Below are positions 30,951-40,910 of a DNA stretch of 64,000 nt, piece by piece. The translations under genes were made by a program, and so were the position numbers. Source of the stretch: Candidatus Bathyarchaeota archaeon (GTDB lineage Archaea; Thermoproteota; Bathyarchaeia; TCS64). The notes beneath the pieces are model-generated. The model was given only the letters and a program-made list of their open reading frames with translations. It had not been told where the DNA came from and did no database searches. Within the stretch, counting starts at the first letter, position 1; the number at the start of each line of letters is the position of its first letter. Location of the stretch: contig CAVYLP010000006.1 in NCBI GenBank assembly GCA_963769425.1, positions 288,001 to 352,000 on the forward strand. Reading direction: 5' to 3'.

Positions 30951-33900
30951 TTACTCGAACTCCTTTGTCAGCTGGAGGCTTGGGGAGAGGCAGAGGCTCT
31001 GCATCTCCTGCAGCAGCAGCTTGAACGCGTAGCTTATCGTCACGGGCTCTATCTCGCCCTTGCCCTCGCAGATGGGGCACACGTACTTGCGCTGTCTGAT
31101 GTCGTAGTAGGCCTGCTTTCCACATTTCTCGCAGACGTAGATGCTGTAGGCATCTGATTCCTCGAGGAGCCTGTCCTTGAGGAGCATGGCAGCTCCGTGG
31201 CCGACGAGACAGTCGCGCTCCATCTCTCCGAACCTGAGACCTCCGCCCCTTGCGCGGCCCTCGGTCGGCTGGCGCGTGAGCATCTGTACCTGACCGCGTG
31301 CGCGTGCGTGTATCTTGTCGACGACCATGTGGTGTAGCTTCTGGTAGTAGACGACTCCGACGAAGACATCGGCCTCGAACATACGTCCGCTCTGGCCGTC
31401 GAACATGATCTCCTTGCCGCCGGGGTGGTAGCCCATCTTTACGAGCGACTCGGCGAGGCTCTTCGCGTCCTCGTTGTCGAAGGGGGTGCCATCGACCGGC
31501 TCGCCGCGGAGGCTTCCGGTCTTTCCGGCGAGGCTCTCCATGAACTGACCTACAGTCATTCGGCTAGGGAAGGCGTGTGGGTTGATCATGATGTCTGGGA
31601 TGGTACCGTGGACGCTGAAGGGCATATCCTCGGGGTTGACGAGCATGCCGATGACGCCCTTCTGGCCGTGACGGCTGACGAATTTATCGCCCAGCTCGGG
31701 TACGCGGTTGCTGCGCACCTTGACCTTTACGAGCTGGCTGCCCTCAATGTCCTTCGTGATGAATATGCCATCGACGGTACCCTCCTCTGTTGGACGTACG
31801 CCGATCGACTGTGTCGCGGAGCTGTGGTCCCCTGACCTCAAGGCCACCGTACTCCTCCATGAACCTGGGTGGGCTTGTGCGACCGATGAGTATGTCTCCG
31901 CCCTTGACCTCGGCCTCGTCGGCGATGAGACCGTCGTGCTCAAGCTGGCGGTAGGCTTCTGCACCATGGTAGCCGCGTATGCCCTCCTCGGGGATGGTGA
32001 GCTTGTCCTTTGCGCCTCCGAGGTACTGTTTGCACTCTGCCTTGTAGATGCGGTAGAAGCTGCTGTGGCCGAGACCACGCTCGACGGCTGCGCGGTTGAA
32101 TATGATGGCGTCTTCCATGTTGTAGCCGCTGCTGCTGAGGACGGCGACTATGTAGTTCTGGCCGCTTGGGCGCTTGTCGAAGCCTATGATGTCCATGGGC
32201 TTCGTGCCGACGACGGGCTTCTGCGGGTAGTGGAGTAGGTGGCCGCGTGTGTCTGTGCGGTCGCGGTAGTTGAGGACGTAGAGGCCTGGAGCCTGCTTCG
32301 CCATGGCTGCCTGGTATGTGTTACGGGGTGACTGGTTGTGCTCTGGGTAGGGGTGATGCTGGCGACTACGCCTAGGATGGCGAAGGGGCAGATCTCGAGG
32401 TGTGTGTGGTCGGTTGAGATGTTGTTGGGGTCGATGGCGACGTATGCGTTCTCCTCCTCCTCGGCGTCGAGGAACTCGATGATACCCTCGCGGACGAGGT
32501 CGCCCCACTGCCACTTGCCCTCGCGGAGCTGGCGGGCGTGGCGCTGCTTGAGGAGGCTCTTGCCCTCGCTGACGACGATGAGTGGGCGCCTTATGCGTCC
32601 CTCGTCGCAGTTGACGTAGATCTCGTTGTAGGTCTTGTAGTAGCAGGTGTTGACTTCACCACTTATTTCGCTACGGCGCCTCATCTCGCGGAGCTTTTGT
32701 ACGAGCTCCTCGGGGGTGGTTGTGTAGCCTAGGAGGTAGCCTTCGACGAATATCTTTGCGCCCTCGTGGCGGAGGGTCTCGTCGGCGTCCTTGGCCTTGA
32801 CGACGCCCATGAATTCGAGTGTGCGCTTTATTTTCTCTGCGTCTGTGCCGGTGCTGATGCTGGCGGTTAGGCTTAGGTTCTTGACTAGGCCACAGTTTGC
32901 GCCTTCGGGGGTTTCGTTCGGGCATAGCCTGCCCCAGTGTGTGCTGTGTAGGTCTCGGGCCTCGAAGTTTGGCTGGCTCCTGCTTAGTGGGCTCTGTAGC
33001 CTGCGTAGGTGGCTGAGGGTGCTGATGGTGTTTGTGCGGTCTAGTAGCTGTGTCATGCCGACTCGTCCCCTGCGCCAGTTTCCGGTGGCGAGGGCGTGCT
33101 GGATTCGGCTGGTGATTATGCCTGGCCTGACGGCTGCGCTGATGAGGACTCCCTTGCGGCGGGTGCTCATCCTGCGGAACTGGTAGCGCATGTCACGGTA
33201 TAGGCTCCAGAAGGCGCTTCGGAATAGCTCGGCGAGGAGGGGCCCTGCGAGCTTGATGCGCTTGTTCTTGAGGTGGTCTTTGTCGTCCTCCTTCCTGTCC
33301 TGGAGTTTTAGCTCGATAATACGTGCGCACATCTCTCCGAGGAAGATGGCCTTGTCCTTGCGCTGGTCTGCGCCGCGGCCTATGTGGGGGAGGAGGTTGC
33401 GGTCGAGAATGGCCTCGGCGCGCTTCATTCGGAACTCTTTGACTTGACCGAAGGCTACTCGGTTACCGATGTAGAGGACCGCGTCCTCGCGGTTGTGGAT
33501 GTTACCGGCTTCTCGGAAGCTGGGTTCGAGTTCGCTTAGTATTCTAGCGTCTAGGCTGACCATGTCGGCGACTTGTTTGTCGGTCTCTACGCCTAGTGCT
33601 CTCATGAGGGCGACGTATGGGACGGGTACGGGTACGCCGGGGATGGTAACGCTCATCTCGCCCTTGGCCTTGAGGTTAGCCTCGATTCGGGCGCGGAAGC
33701 CCACCGTGGTTGAGAAGACTTTTCCGCGGTAGACTGGGTTGCTTCCGCGGTCGTCTATCTCCACGAGGACACGGTTGGGGGCGAGGTCCTCGAGGCTGAC
33801 TATTACGCGCTCGGATCCGTTGATTATGAAGTATCCTCCGACCTCCTCGGGGTCTTCTCCGAGTGCCATGAGTTCGTCGGGGGTGTGGCGGCTGAGAAGG

Positions 33901-34280
33901 CAGAGCTTTGACTTTACCATTATGGGGAGGTCGCCTATGTTGACCTTCTCGTAGGTCTCCTTGCCCTCGTCTTCGAGCATTATCTCGAGGTAGAGGGGGG
34001 CGGCGTAGGTGAGGTTTCGTATCCTCGCCTCGCGTGGGTAGACGGGGCGTTGGGTCCCGTCGACCTCGGTTATGACGGGGTCTCCGACTTCTATCGATCC
34101 GAACTTTATCTCGTATGTGTGGTTCGGCACCTCTATGGTGATGCCGCCTATCTCGTCTATAATCTGCTGCAGCGTGTGCTCGACAAACTCGTTGTAGCTG
34201 TCGAGGTGCTGCTTCACGAGGCCTTCGTCGGCGAAGAAGGTCTTCATGAGTTCCCAGTTGTTTTCCTCTGCGAGAAGCAT
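30951..34280 (-). CDS. rpoB: DNA-directed RNA polymerase subunit B, unsplit (apparent frameshifts near 32351 and 31809)
   Basis: [48 protein letters not shown] and [10 protein letters not shown] lie across three frames. Confidence 0.96.
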
Positions 34281-34309
34281 TTCATCAATCCTCAAACGGG
34301 GGTGTTTGG

Positions 34310-34407
34310 CTGCAGGTGTGGTGGCTTCCCGTTATGTTTCTATAGATAATCGAACGGAATCCCTCCTCTCCCTCGGTGTTCATCTCTTAGAAGCCACTAC
34401 CCTGCAG
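34310..34407 (-). promoter_or_regulatory. Putative structured 5' leader RNA of the rpoB operon
   Basis: Arms 34310-34328 and 34390-34407 give 17 Watson-Crick pairs and enclose an inner CCGTT/AACGG hairpin. A minus-strand TTTATTA box lies at 34441-34435. Confidence 0.5.
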
Positions 34408-34554
34408 AGGCTACTATGCATGCCGAGCACTCACTAATAAATGTTTTTGAATGTTGATTAGAGGTGTATTAGGGGTGTTTGATTATACCAAATGTTTAAT
34501 AGGGGAACTCGGTTATTCGATTAGAGCCCGACGGGGAAAATAGGAGATAGATAC

Positions 34555-34785
34555 TTGGCAGAGATGATTGAGCGGGTCCTAGAAAGAAGCATTGGAAAGA
34601 CCGTCCTCATCAAGGTGAGGGGCGGCAAGACGCTTCGCGGGACCCTCGAGGGCTTCGACCAGCACGTTAACCTGGTGTTGAAGGACGCGGAGAATGTCAG
34701 TGATCCGATGAAGTCTGAGGTTATTGGGACGATTGTGCTGCGGGGCGACAACGTGATCATGATCTCTCCGCCTCCAGAGGGTTAA
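34555..34785 (+). CDS. lsm: Sm-like (Lsm) RNA-binding protein
   Basis: Sm1 (GTLEGFDQHVNLVL) and Sm2 (VLRGDNVIMISP) motifs. Confidence 0.95.
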   Translation: MAEMIERVLERSIGKTVLIKVRGGKTLRGTLEGFDQHVNLVLKDAENVSDPMKSEVIGTIVLRGDNVIMISPPPEG

Positions 34786-34795
34786 GGTGTAGTTT

Positions 34796-34979
34796 ATGCC
34801 GACTAAGCATGCTCTTCATACGGGTAAGCGGACTCACATGAGGTGTAGGCGCTGCGGACGTAGGGCTTATCATATTCGCCTCAGGCGTCTGTGCGGCCTG
34901 TGGGTTCGGTAAGACGCCGACTCTCAGACACTACAACTGGATGAGGAAGGATCTGCAGAGAACGCACAGGCTCATCTAG
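34796..34979 (+). CDS. rpl37e: 50S ribosomal protein L37e (apparent +1 frameshift near 34883)
   Basis: THMRCRRCGRRAYH, then CAACGFGK...RHYNW after removing one base. The lsm-rpl37e pair is conserved. Confidence 0.9.
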
Positions 34980-35243
34980 TCTGATTGCTTCGACTCTCTC
35001 GTCGTTCTCGTTATCTCGTTTCAATTACCTCTGACGAGTTTCTAGTCTTATTTTGTATTCATAGGGATGGTAGAAAACATTTTTATTACTGGCTTCTAAC
35101 GTGTGGCGATACTTATGGAAAAAAAAATTCCGATGCTCTTGAGGATGATAAGCCAATTACTAATTGATTTACTCCCCTCAATCCCTGTTCCTCCGTCATT
35201 TTGGGAGTATGTTTTTTAGGTTTGGCGTGTGGGTTCTTGTTGG

Positions 35244-35353
35244 GCGGGGGTACCCGAGACTGGCCAAAGGGGCGGGACTTAAGATCAGGCAGTCTCTGGT
35301 GAGAGATCCCGTAGCTCAGGCTTTCGTGGGTTCAAGTCCCACCCCCCGCACCA
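35244..35353 (+). tRNA. tRNA-Leu(TAA) with a 22-nt intron at 37/38 (35284-35305)
   Basis: GCGGGGG/CCCCCGC acceptor, long variable arm, encoded CCA. Bulge-helix-bulge: CTTA/TGAG helix with two AGA bulges. Confidence 0.93.
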
Positions 35354-35515
35354 ACCCTGAACCTCCTCATATTCGCTTCTTGAAGACCATTGGGCCATCA
35401 GGAGTGTTGCAGACGAAGATATTTTTCCTCGGCTGAAGCTACTCCTCAGTCCATACGAAAACGCGTATTTTCGCGTCGGAAACGAGCTCCCTGTACGTGT
35501 GGCAGGTACATCCTG

Positions 35516-36000
35516 TTCCTAGTAGCTGGAACTCAATTCCTAGTAGCTGGTACATCGTATTCCTTGTAGCTGGAACTCAATTCCTAGCAGCGGGAACACC
35601 AATTCCTTGTAGCTGGTACATCGTATTCCTTGTAGCTGGAACTCAATTCCTAGTAGCAGCGACTTAATTCCATGTAGCTAGGAATCGGGTTCCTAGTAGC
35701 ATGGTATAACGTTTTTCGCCACACGGATTCCTAGCAGCGGGTACATGGGATCCATAATCTCGTCACCGATTCCCTATCCAGTCCCTACTGTAGAGGTATG
35801 GGGGCTGTGTTCCTAGTAGCGGTGTCACTGTTCCTAGAGCGGCGTCTGGGTGTTCCTAGCTACGGCGTCACTGTTCCGCGTAGCGGTGTCCCGCTGTTCC
35901 TAGCAGCGGGGTCGCATGTTCCTAGTGGCGGTGTCTCAGTTCCTTGTAGCGGTGTCTGTGTTCCTAGTAGCATGGAGTCGGGTTCCTAGTAGGATGGGAT
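35516..36000 (+). repeat. Tandem repeat locus B: 19 copies of a TTCCTAGTAGC core at 21-23 bp period, in two blocks
   Basis: Block 1 starts: 35516, 35537, 35560, 35581, 35603, 35626, 35647, 35668, 35690, 35728. Block 2 starts: 35810, 35831, 35853, 35874, 35897, 35919, 35940, 35961, 35983. Confidence 0.92.
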
Positions 36001-36267
36001 AACGATTTTTTGCAGGCATTGTACCATGCAGCAGGTACTCAATATTCACCAATACTTCGGGTTTGAGCATGGTTATCCATGGTTAGCTGATTTATGACTC
36101 TCCATAATAGGAGACCGCATTCATCCAGTAACAATGAGATCCTCACCCTGCCACAAGGTACAAGTCACTTCGCAGCAATAACCCAATTAAAATACTCCCT
36201 CTAATTGGCAGCCCAAATTAAAGGGTGGAAAGATATATGCCAAGCCCTTCCCCGGAGGAAACCCAGC

Positions 36268-37638
36268 TTGACCGAGATCGTTCTAGTCTACCCCTACGTT
36301 GACCCGCCCAGAAATAGGTCCATTTTCAGGTTCCCGCCTCTCGGCCTAGGTTATATTGCCGCCCACCTCCGAGACAACGGCCACGATGTGGCGATAGTGG
36401 ACGCCACCTTCACCGGGGAGGGGGCTTCAATAGAGAAGGTAAAGGCTCTCAACCCTAGAGTGGTTGGCATCTACTCTATGTTCACAATGCGTGAGGCATC
36501 TCTACGCTTCGCGCGCGCCCTCAGGGGGAACTGTGACCTTCTCATTGCTGGGGGTCCCTTACCCACTGTTGAGCCCGAGGCTTACCTCAATGACTTCGAC
36601 GCTGCAGCAGTCGGCGAGGGGGAGCAGACAATGCTTGAGATCGCGCAGGGCCGGAGACTTGGCGAGGTCAATGGCCTTGTATATCGTGAGAAGGATGGTA
36701 AGCAAATCAGGCCTGGCGAGGATGGTGGCGAGGTCGTCCATACATCGCCCCGCGAGGTCCTTAAGAACCTCGACTCCATCCCACTTCCCGCCCGTGACCT
36801 ATTCGACAATGCCAACTACATCAACTACTACAAGAAGCGCAGGGAGCCCGCCACAACAAGCGCCATAACAAGCCGAGGATGCCCCTTCGCCTGCGATTTC
36901 TGCAGCCACCCTATCTTTGGGGAGAGCTTCCGCGAACGCAGCCCTCAGAATATGGCTGACGAGGTCGAACAGATACTCGACCTAGGCTACGGGCGCATCT
37001 TCTTCCAGGACGACTGCTTCACCCTAACCCGTGGAAGAGTCGCGAGGTTCTGTGACGAGGTCGAGCGACGAGGTCTCCACTTTGGCTGGGAATGCCTAAG
37101 CCGAGTCGACAGCATGGACGAGGCAACAGCCGCAAGGATGCGCGCCGCCGGTTGTGACCACGTTTTCTTCGGGCTTGAATCTGGCAGCGACAGGGTCCTC
37201 AAGATCATGAACAAGAGCGCCACCCCCGAGATGGGCCGACGAGCCGTCGAAGCCGCGAGGGCCGGCGGCCTCAAAACGGGGGCATTCTTCATTTTTGGGT
37301 ACCCTGGCGACGATACCGAGTCCATGCTCGAAACCCTACACTTTGCCAACAGCCTTCCCCTCGACTACCTCAGCTTCACATACCCCTACCCCATCCCTGG
37401 AACACCACTCTACGAGCGCGTCAAAGACAAGATGATGGAGGGCAACCCCGAGCCACAACAGAAGGGACTCGTCCAACACCAACTCATCTACTACAGCGAA
37501 ATATCCGAGAAGAAGCTAAAGTTCGGTATAATCAAGGGCCTAACAATCCACTACCTGAAACTCCATGGAGGCCCCGTGGCCCCTCTCATCATCAAACCTC
37601 TTAATACGATAAGCGACAGCGTGTTCAGGCTCCTCTAG
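36268..37638 (+). CDS. Cobalamin (B12)-binding radical SAM protein
   Basis: N-terminal PPLGLGYIAA.L..GGP.PT..GEGE B12 domain; TSRGCPFACDFC motif; GLESGS. Likely TTG start at 36268. Confidence 0.93.
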   Translation: MTEIVLVYPYVDPPRNRSIFRFPPLGLGYIAAHLRDNGHDVAIVDATFTGEGASIEKVKALNPRVVGIYSMFTMREASLRFARALRGNCDLLIAGGPLPTVEPEAYLNDFDAAAVGEGEQTMLEIAQGRRLGEVNGLVYREKDGKQIRPGEDGGEVVHTSPREVLKNLDSIPLPARDLFDNANYINYYKKRREPATTSAITSRGCPFACDFCSHPIFGESFRERSPQNMADEVEQILDLGYGRIFFQDDCFTLTRGRVARFCDEVERRGLHFGWECLSRVDSMDEATAARMRAAGCDHVFFGLESGSDRVLKIMNKSATPEMGRRAVEAARAGGLKTGAFFIFGYPGDDTESMLETLHFANSLPLDYLSFTYPYPIPGTPLYERVKDKMMEGNPEPQQKGLVQHQLIYYSEISEKKLKFGIIKGLTIHYLKLHGGPVAPLIIKPLNTISDSVFRLL

Positions 37639-37729
37639 CTTCAACATCGCTTTGACCGTCGTGTCGAGGAGGGAACATACTTAAGACCTCCGAGCGTCTA
37701 AAAACGAACAGACACCTCGGGGGAACATA

Positions 37730-38167
37730 ATGGGAATCCTAGGCACAGGCGCATCGACGGTCGCAGACATCAACCTAATTGCTCAGTTGGTAATCATCGC
37801 CCTCCTCGCCGAGGGATGGATAATCAGCAGGGACAAGAAGAGAATCCGTGTACACGGGCAGCTCATGGTCGCAGCGGTCCTCATTAACGCTGCCGCAATC
37901 GCGCTCGTCATGGTCCCTTCACTGATCCTCGGACTCGGCGCAATAACATCTGATCCACTAGGTCCCGGCCCCCTGATAAGCGTCATACACTCCGCCATCG
38001 GAACCGTTGCCTGGCTCCTCGGAGCCTACCTGAGCTGGACATGGGGCTTAAAGCCGGCGACGGTTGAGTGTTTTAAAAGGAAGAGGCTGATGAAGCCTGT
38101 CACCTACCTCTGGCTTCTCGCCGCTGTCCTCGGGGTAGGGTTCTACGTCTACTACTACGTCCTCTAA
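37730..38167 (+). CDS. DUF420-like four-helix membrane protein with intramembrane His residues
   Basis: Four TM helices; HGQLM and HSAIG histidines. Confidence 0.7.
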   Translation: MGILGTGASTVADINLIAQLVIIALLAEGWIISRDKKRIRVHGQLMVAAVLINAAAIALVMVPSLILGLGAITSDPLGPGPLISVIHSAIGTVAWLLGAYLSWTWGLKPATVECFKRKRLMKPVTYLWLLAAVLGVGFYVYYYVL

Positions 38168-39571
38168 TTCTTCCGCAGGGTCGTCTTTCCTTATCTCCTC
38201 GTACTTCTTCGTCCTCCTGAGGACCGCGTACCATGGCGCGACAGCGTCGAAGAGCATCCCTAGGGTGGCTCCCCAGACCATCTTGAGCCGCTTGTAGGGC
38301 TCGGGCCTGTCGACGTATACCTCGTGCATCTCTATCCCTACCTTGTAGGCGCTGTAGATGGTCCACCACATGAAGCCGGTGATTATGCCGCCGATTATAG
38401 GGAAAACACCCCCGGTCAGATAGAGTAAGCCTACGGCCGTGGCTATAAGGGAGGGCAAGGCGCTAAGCCAGGAGCCGAGGCTGTAGATCAAGGGTAGCTT
38501 GTATTTCGTCTTGACGTCCTTTCTCGCCAGGACCTCCATGGAGCCTAGTATCCACCTCCTCCTCTGCTTGAGGTGATCGCGGACCGTGAAGGGGGGTTTC
38601 TCGTAGGCGAAGCCCTTGAGGCTTCTAGTGACTCCGCCGAAGCGCTCCCTGAGTTTGAGGCTGAAGAGGAGGTCCTCTGATCGGACCCTGCCGAAGTCCC
38701 AGCCTATGTCGTTCTCCACGTCCGCCCTGACTATGAGGTGGGAGCCGTGGTAGCCGAACGGGACGGAGCCCCAAATCTTCATCTGCCCCATGGCACCGAG
38801 GTCCCCGACGCTACGGGTAGTCTCCTCGACCGAGTTGAACCTGTACTTCCAGTCCTGTGGGTAGAGTATGATCCCTGCGCCGATAAGGCGCCCGTCGCCC
38901 GTGTCGGTAACGAAATCGAGACAGCCGAGGACAGTGTCCTCACCTATCATCGTCTCCGTGTCCTGGTGATAGATCCAGTCGTCCGGGGTGTCTATGCCAC
39001 GGTCTATCCTGACCTCGGAGGCGTAATGTAGTGCGCGGGCCTTGAAACCTGAGTGGTTGGGGGTTTCATACCCCTCGGGGACGATGACGAGAGTCGCCCC
39101 GTCCCGCTCCATCTCCTCGAAGAAGACCCGCTCCGCTCGGAACCTGTCCTCCTCAGTCACGATCCATATCTCTGATCTGAAATTAAGACCATGATCCACC
39201 TTGACTCCCCGGAGCCAGTGTCTCACGGAGTCGAAAGAGTTCCTTAGGGTGATTAGGTTCTCGCCCCGAGTGGTTATGGTGTAGATTATGCGCTTCCGGG
39301 CGACCTCTTCGCGCCTCTCTTTTAGATCCTCCACGCTAATGAGGAGGTTGGGGTTGAGCGCAAGCTGCGTGGACACCGCTTGGATCATGAAGATGGGGAT
39401 AGGTATGAGCCAGCTGAGCTTGGCAGCGTAGAGAGCAGCACCAAGACTGTCTGTGAAATTGGGCCCGCCCGGGAAAATTATCCCCATCGAAGCTGACATT
39501 AGGACAATATTTCTCATCCTGGCCGTCTTGCCCTTGATCTGCTTCGTCAGGGACGCGTTATATTTACTCAT
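38048..39571 (-). CDS. Glycosyltransferase family 2, egghead/BRE-3-like, membrane-bound
   Basis: KARALHY, DWIYHQDTET, SED and QRRRW motifs with flanking TM helices. Start uncertain. The true stop is probably near 38164 (possible +1 error). Confidence 0.85.
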   Translation of the reverse strand: MSKYNASLTKQIKGKTARMRNIVLMSASMGIIFPGGPNFTDSLGAALYAAKLSWLIPIPIFMIQAVSTQLALNPNLLISVEDLKERREEVARKRIIYTITTRGENLITLRNSFDSVRHWLRGVKVDHGLNFRSEIWIVTEEDRFRAERVFFEEMERDGATLVIVPEGYETPNHSGFKARALHYASEVRIDRGIDTPDDWIYHQDTETMIGEDTVLGCLDFVTDTGDGRLIGAGIILYPQDWKYRFNSVEETTRSVGDLGAMGQMKIWGSVPFGYHGSHLIVRADVENDIGWDFGRVRSEDLLFSLKLRERFGGVTRSLKGFAYEKPPFTVRDHLKQRRRWILGSMEVLARKDVKTKYKLPLIYSLGSWLSALPSLIATAVGLLYLTGGVFPIIGGIITGFMWWTIYSAYKVGIEMHEVYVDRPEPYKRLKMVWGATLGMLFDAVAPWYAVLRRTKKYEEIRKDDPAEELEDVVVDVEPYPEDSGEKPEVGDRLHQPLPFKTLNRRRL

Positions 39572-39663
39572 AGTGTATCCGAGATAGGGTAGGCGGTCCT
39601 GTCGGTGCAACGTGGGATGGTTTTCGGAAGCCTAGAACTTAAACAGGACCAACTGAGATTGGG

Positions 39664-40855
39664 CTACCCCACAAACACTCCGCTTACGAATCCGAGCCAC
39701 AGGATGAGACAGGTTATGACCGAGACGGCAATGATGGTGAATGCAACCCACTTACCCCTGACTACAAGCGCCGAGAAGGGAAACCAGAGGGGGAAGAGAA
39801 CGGTCATGAACCGGGGGTATGAGACTAGGCCCCCGAAGGCAAACATGCTTGCGATGTAAGCAGTGCAGTAGATGGCCAGGTTCCTGTCGATCCTCGCTAC
39901 CCTCCAAACGAGAAACGGTGGAAGTAGAATAGAGAACCAGACCGCTATGGGGAGGAGCATATGGAGATCGAGGCCCGTCCCTGGGAACGATATGGCAGCC
40001 ACGCCGCTAGGAAGCACTGTTGAGAGGTAGGTCAGTAGGTTGTAGTTGCTAGACCACTCAGTAGTGTGGATTATTGCGAGAGGGTCACCCGCGGATAGAC
40101 CCATGTAGGTGACCCAGGCGAGGAGTACCGATACAGTCGGGAGTATCATAAGAAAGGCTTTGCGCCTGTCACTGCCTACCTTTGAAGACAGAAGGTCGAT
40201 GAACATTGGCAGGGCGATGAGGAAGCCAGGTATCCGGATGAGTGTGGATACTGCCGCGGCCAATGAAGCGGGGAGGTACTTTTTGTCTTGAAATAGCCTC
40301 CAGGCGAGAAGCGTGGTGAACAGGAACAGCCCCTCCGAGTAGGCGACTGTGGTAAACAGTAAGGTGAAGGGGGAGAGGGCGAAGAGGAGGGCACTGACAA
40401 TGGCTATTTCCCTGCCGATGTAGTGCTCGGCGACTGACTGGTAGACCGGTACCCAGAGCAGCCCGGCGACGAGGTTACAAACCACTAGGGCAACGAGCGT
40501 GCCACCAACGAAGGGCTGCAGAAGTTGGGTTAGGAGGGGAAAACCCGGTGCGAATGCATAGCTCTGCCCGCTGAAATTGTAGCCATGCGCGGCTATGCTG
40601 GCGTACCACGCGCTGTCCCACCCCACAAACGCGGAGACCCACCGTGGGGCCCCGCTCGCGAGTAGTATCTGATTCTGGGGGAGTGGATCAACCAGTGCGG
40701 GGTTCGTCCAGAAGCCGACTTCCGAAGGCGCTGACGATGACGGCTAGGAGCAGCTTAACGAGCGCGACGACCGCCAGCGATGCAAGATACCGCCTGGGAA
40801 TCCTAAGCGACGAAACGGCGACATCGCCCTCTAGGAGCCAGCTGAGCCCACCCAT
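39664..40855 (-). CDS. GT-C fold (PIG-V/PMT-like) glycosyltransferase, probably a mannosyltransferase (apparent +1 frameshift near 40720)
   Basis: WDSAWYASIA..GY..AFAPGFP and YSEGLF motifs, multi-TM. The N-terminal TM helix lies in the adjacent frame from ATG 40855. Confidence 0.82.
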
Positions 40856-40910
40856 CGCTGCCTCTAACAGGTTTATTGCGTGGCGAAATAAGATTCTTAA
40901 TGGTGGATTG

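Noticed and set aside
30629-34295. Programmed frameshifting or genuinely split rpoA/rpoB genes
   Set aside because: The breaks fall inside conserved motifs, not at the known B''/B' or A'/A'' split points. They lack slippery heptamers and restart signals, and the same indel pattern affects many unrelated genes.
35164-35436. 90-aa ORF
   Set aside because: It overlaps tRNA-Leu and is a shadow ORF.
35798-35989. 63-aa ORF with VPSSG-like repeats
   Set aside because: It is a by-product of the tandem array. Unit lengths of 21, 22 and 23 bp shift the repeat between frames.
35516-36000. CRISPR array
   Set aside because: The conserved core is only 11 bp, the inter-core segments are 10-12 bp and mutually similar rather than unique 30-45 bp spacers, and there are no cas genes in the window.
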